From the NCBI GenBank assembly GCA_001724265.1, contig MEDY01000169.1:62001-85368 (forward strand): a stretch of 23,368 nucleotides of DNA. Direction: 5' to 3'. Shown in pieces: positions 22,460 to 23,368 of the stretch. This DNA is from Rhizaria sp. SCN 62-66. Taxonomy: Eukaryota. The translations under genes and the position numbers were made by a program. The notes under the pieces are model-generated. The model worked only from the letters and a program-made list of their open reading frames with translations. It was not told where the DNA came from and made no database searches. Position 1 is the stretch's first letter, and every line of letters begins with the position of its first letter.

Positions 22460-23368
22460 ATGGCACCCTACCACCGCGACCAGGGACAGTCTCCCCGTCT
22501 AACTTCGCTGCTAACGGCTATGTTCCTACTGTTGACACTTATGTGGTGTTTCTGCGGCCTCGTCTCGGCTCTCCCCACCCTGGCGTCATTCCGCGTGACT
22601 TTGGAGAACCCGTCCCTGCGCAGCCTTTATCTAGGTTACACTTGGTACAACATAACCTCTCTTCTGCCAAATGCGACGAACAGTGCCGTAATGACGCGCT
22701 GTAATGGCGCGCCAGACGCTCTTCGCTATATTGAGGGCACTCGGGGTTATCATTCTCCGACCGCTCCGATGCCAGCCGGAGCAACGGTGTGGGAGGAATC
22801 CGTCACTCCGGTGGACAAAACCTACATGTCAATTGTTTACCGCGCTGCGTCAACGAAGGAGATGTCATGTTCGATTTATACCCAGGACGGAACAGTACAG
22901 CTCGCCAGTGAGTCTATTGTCCAGCAAACAGCTCTGCGGCGTGTGGCGCAGGTCACGGTCTCCACGACGGGAACGACATTCACCATTCCGGACCAGGCGA
23001 ACACGGTACAGCTGTACTCACGCACAGACAAGTACGAGATAGCGGGCCCTACGTTGCCAACATTTGCGCTTACAAAAGCGTCCGCGGTATACTACACCAT
23101 GACTAAGACGACGACGCCGACGATTACATATGTCGTGGCGCCAAAGTTAGACGTCTTCGCATCGACACTCGCGCCGGAGCTGACAAGCTCGTCCGTGATG
23201 GTCAGCGCAAACGTCACTGTGAGGCTGTACTCGAGTAGCCGCACCATTGTCCTTACACCCGCGGCGCCAACCTTTGTGTACGTCACCAACACAGACGTGA
23301 ACAACTTCGCGACATCCAAATGGAGTCTCGCGCTTTCGCCCACAATCTACTCGGACTGGATCATCGCC
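22460..23368 (+). CDS. Secreted or cell-surface protein with signal peptide, Thr/Ser/Val/Tyr-rich; first 303 codons, continues past the right edge
   Basis: Manual translation of frame +2 from ATG 22460 (context gcaATGG, as at 10957; upstream in-frame TAA at 22271): MAPYHRDQGQSPRLTSLLTAMFLLLTLMWCFCGLVSA|LPTLASFRVTLEN... open to the window end. N-glycosylation sequons NIT, NAT and NVT. Confidence 0.8.
   Translation, partial: MAPYHRDQGQSPRLTSLLTAMFLLLTLMWCFCGLVSALPTLASFRVTLENPSLRSLYLGYTWYNITSLLPNATNSAVMTRCNGAPDALRYIEGTRGYHSPTAPMPAGATVWEESVTPVDKTYMSIVYRAASTKEMSCSIYTQDGTVQLASESIVQQTALRRVAQVTVSTTGTTFTIPDQANTVQLYSRTDKYEIAGPTLPTFALTKASAVYYTMTKTTTPTITYVVAPKLDVFASTLAPELTSSSVMVSANVTVRLYSSSRTIVLTPAAPTFVYVTNTDVNNFATSKWSLALSPTIYSDWIIA

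Overview
Eukaryotic (protist-like) gene-dense window with no evident introns. Four GC-rich genes are inflated by poly-Ala/Ser/Asn tracts: a pyroglutamyl-peptidase I (running off the left edge, missed by the ORF track), a single-TM disordered protein, a 2773-aa TBC1D23-like protein and a probable ELL-like elongation factor. A secreted protein, also missed by the track, runs off the right edge. The standout is 2308..6663 (+). Seven fragments in the ORF track are one 1451-codon frame from ATG to TGA, interrupted only by nine in-frame TAG codons, with no TAA, TGA or frameshift. This points to UAG being read as a sense codon (probably Gln) while UAA and UGA remain stops. The read-through protein looks compositionally foreign and helical, and carries two HEPN-type R-x4-H motifs (LRHRFAH, LRNMCAH) placed much as in Cas13a, plus a degenerate third. 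About 170 nt downstream is a ~200-nt palindrome-rich element that can fold into a closed structure. This is a candidate eukaryotic multi-HEPN RNase plus RNA module. No CRISPR array is present, and all family calls come from motif recognition by eye.
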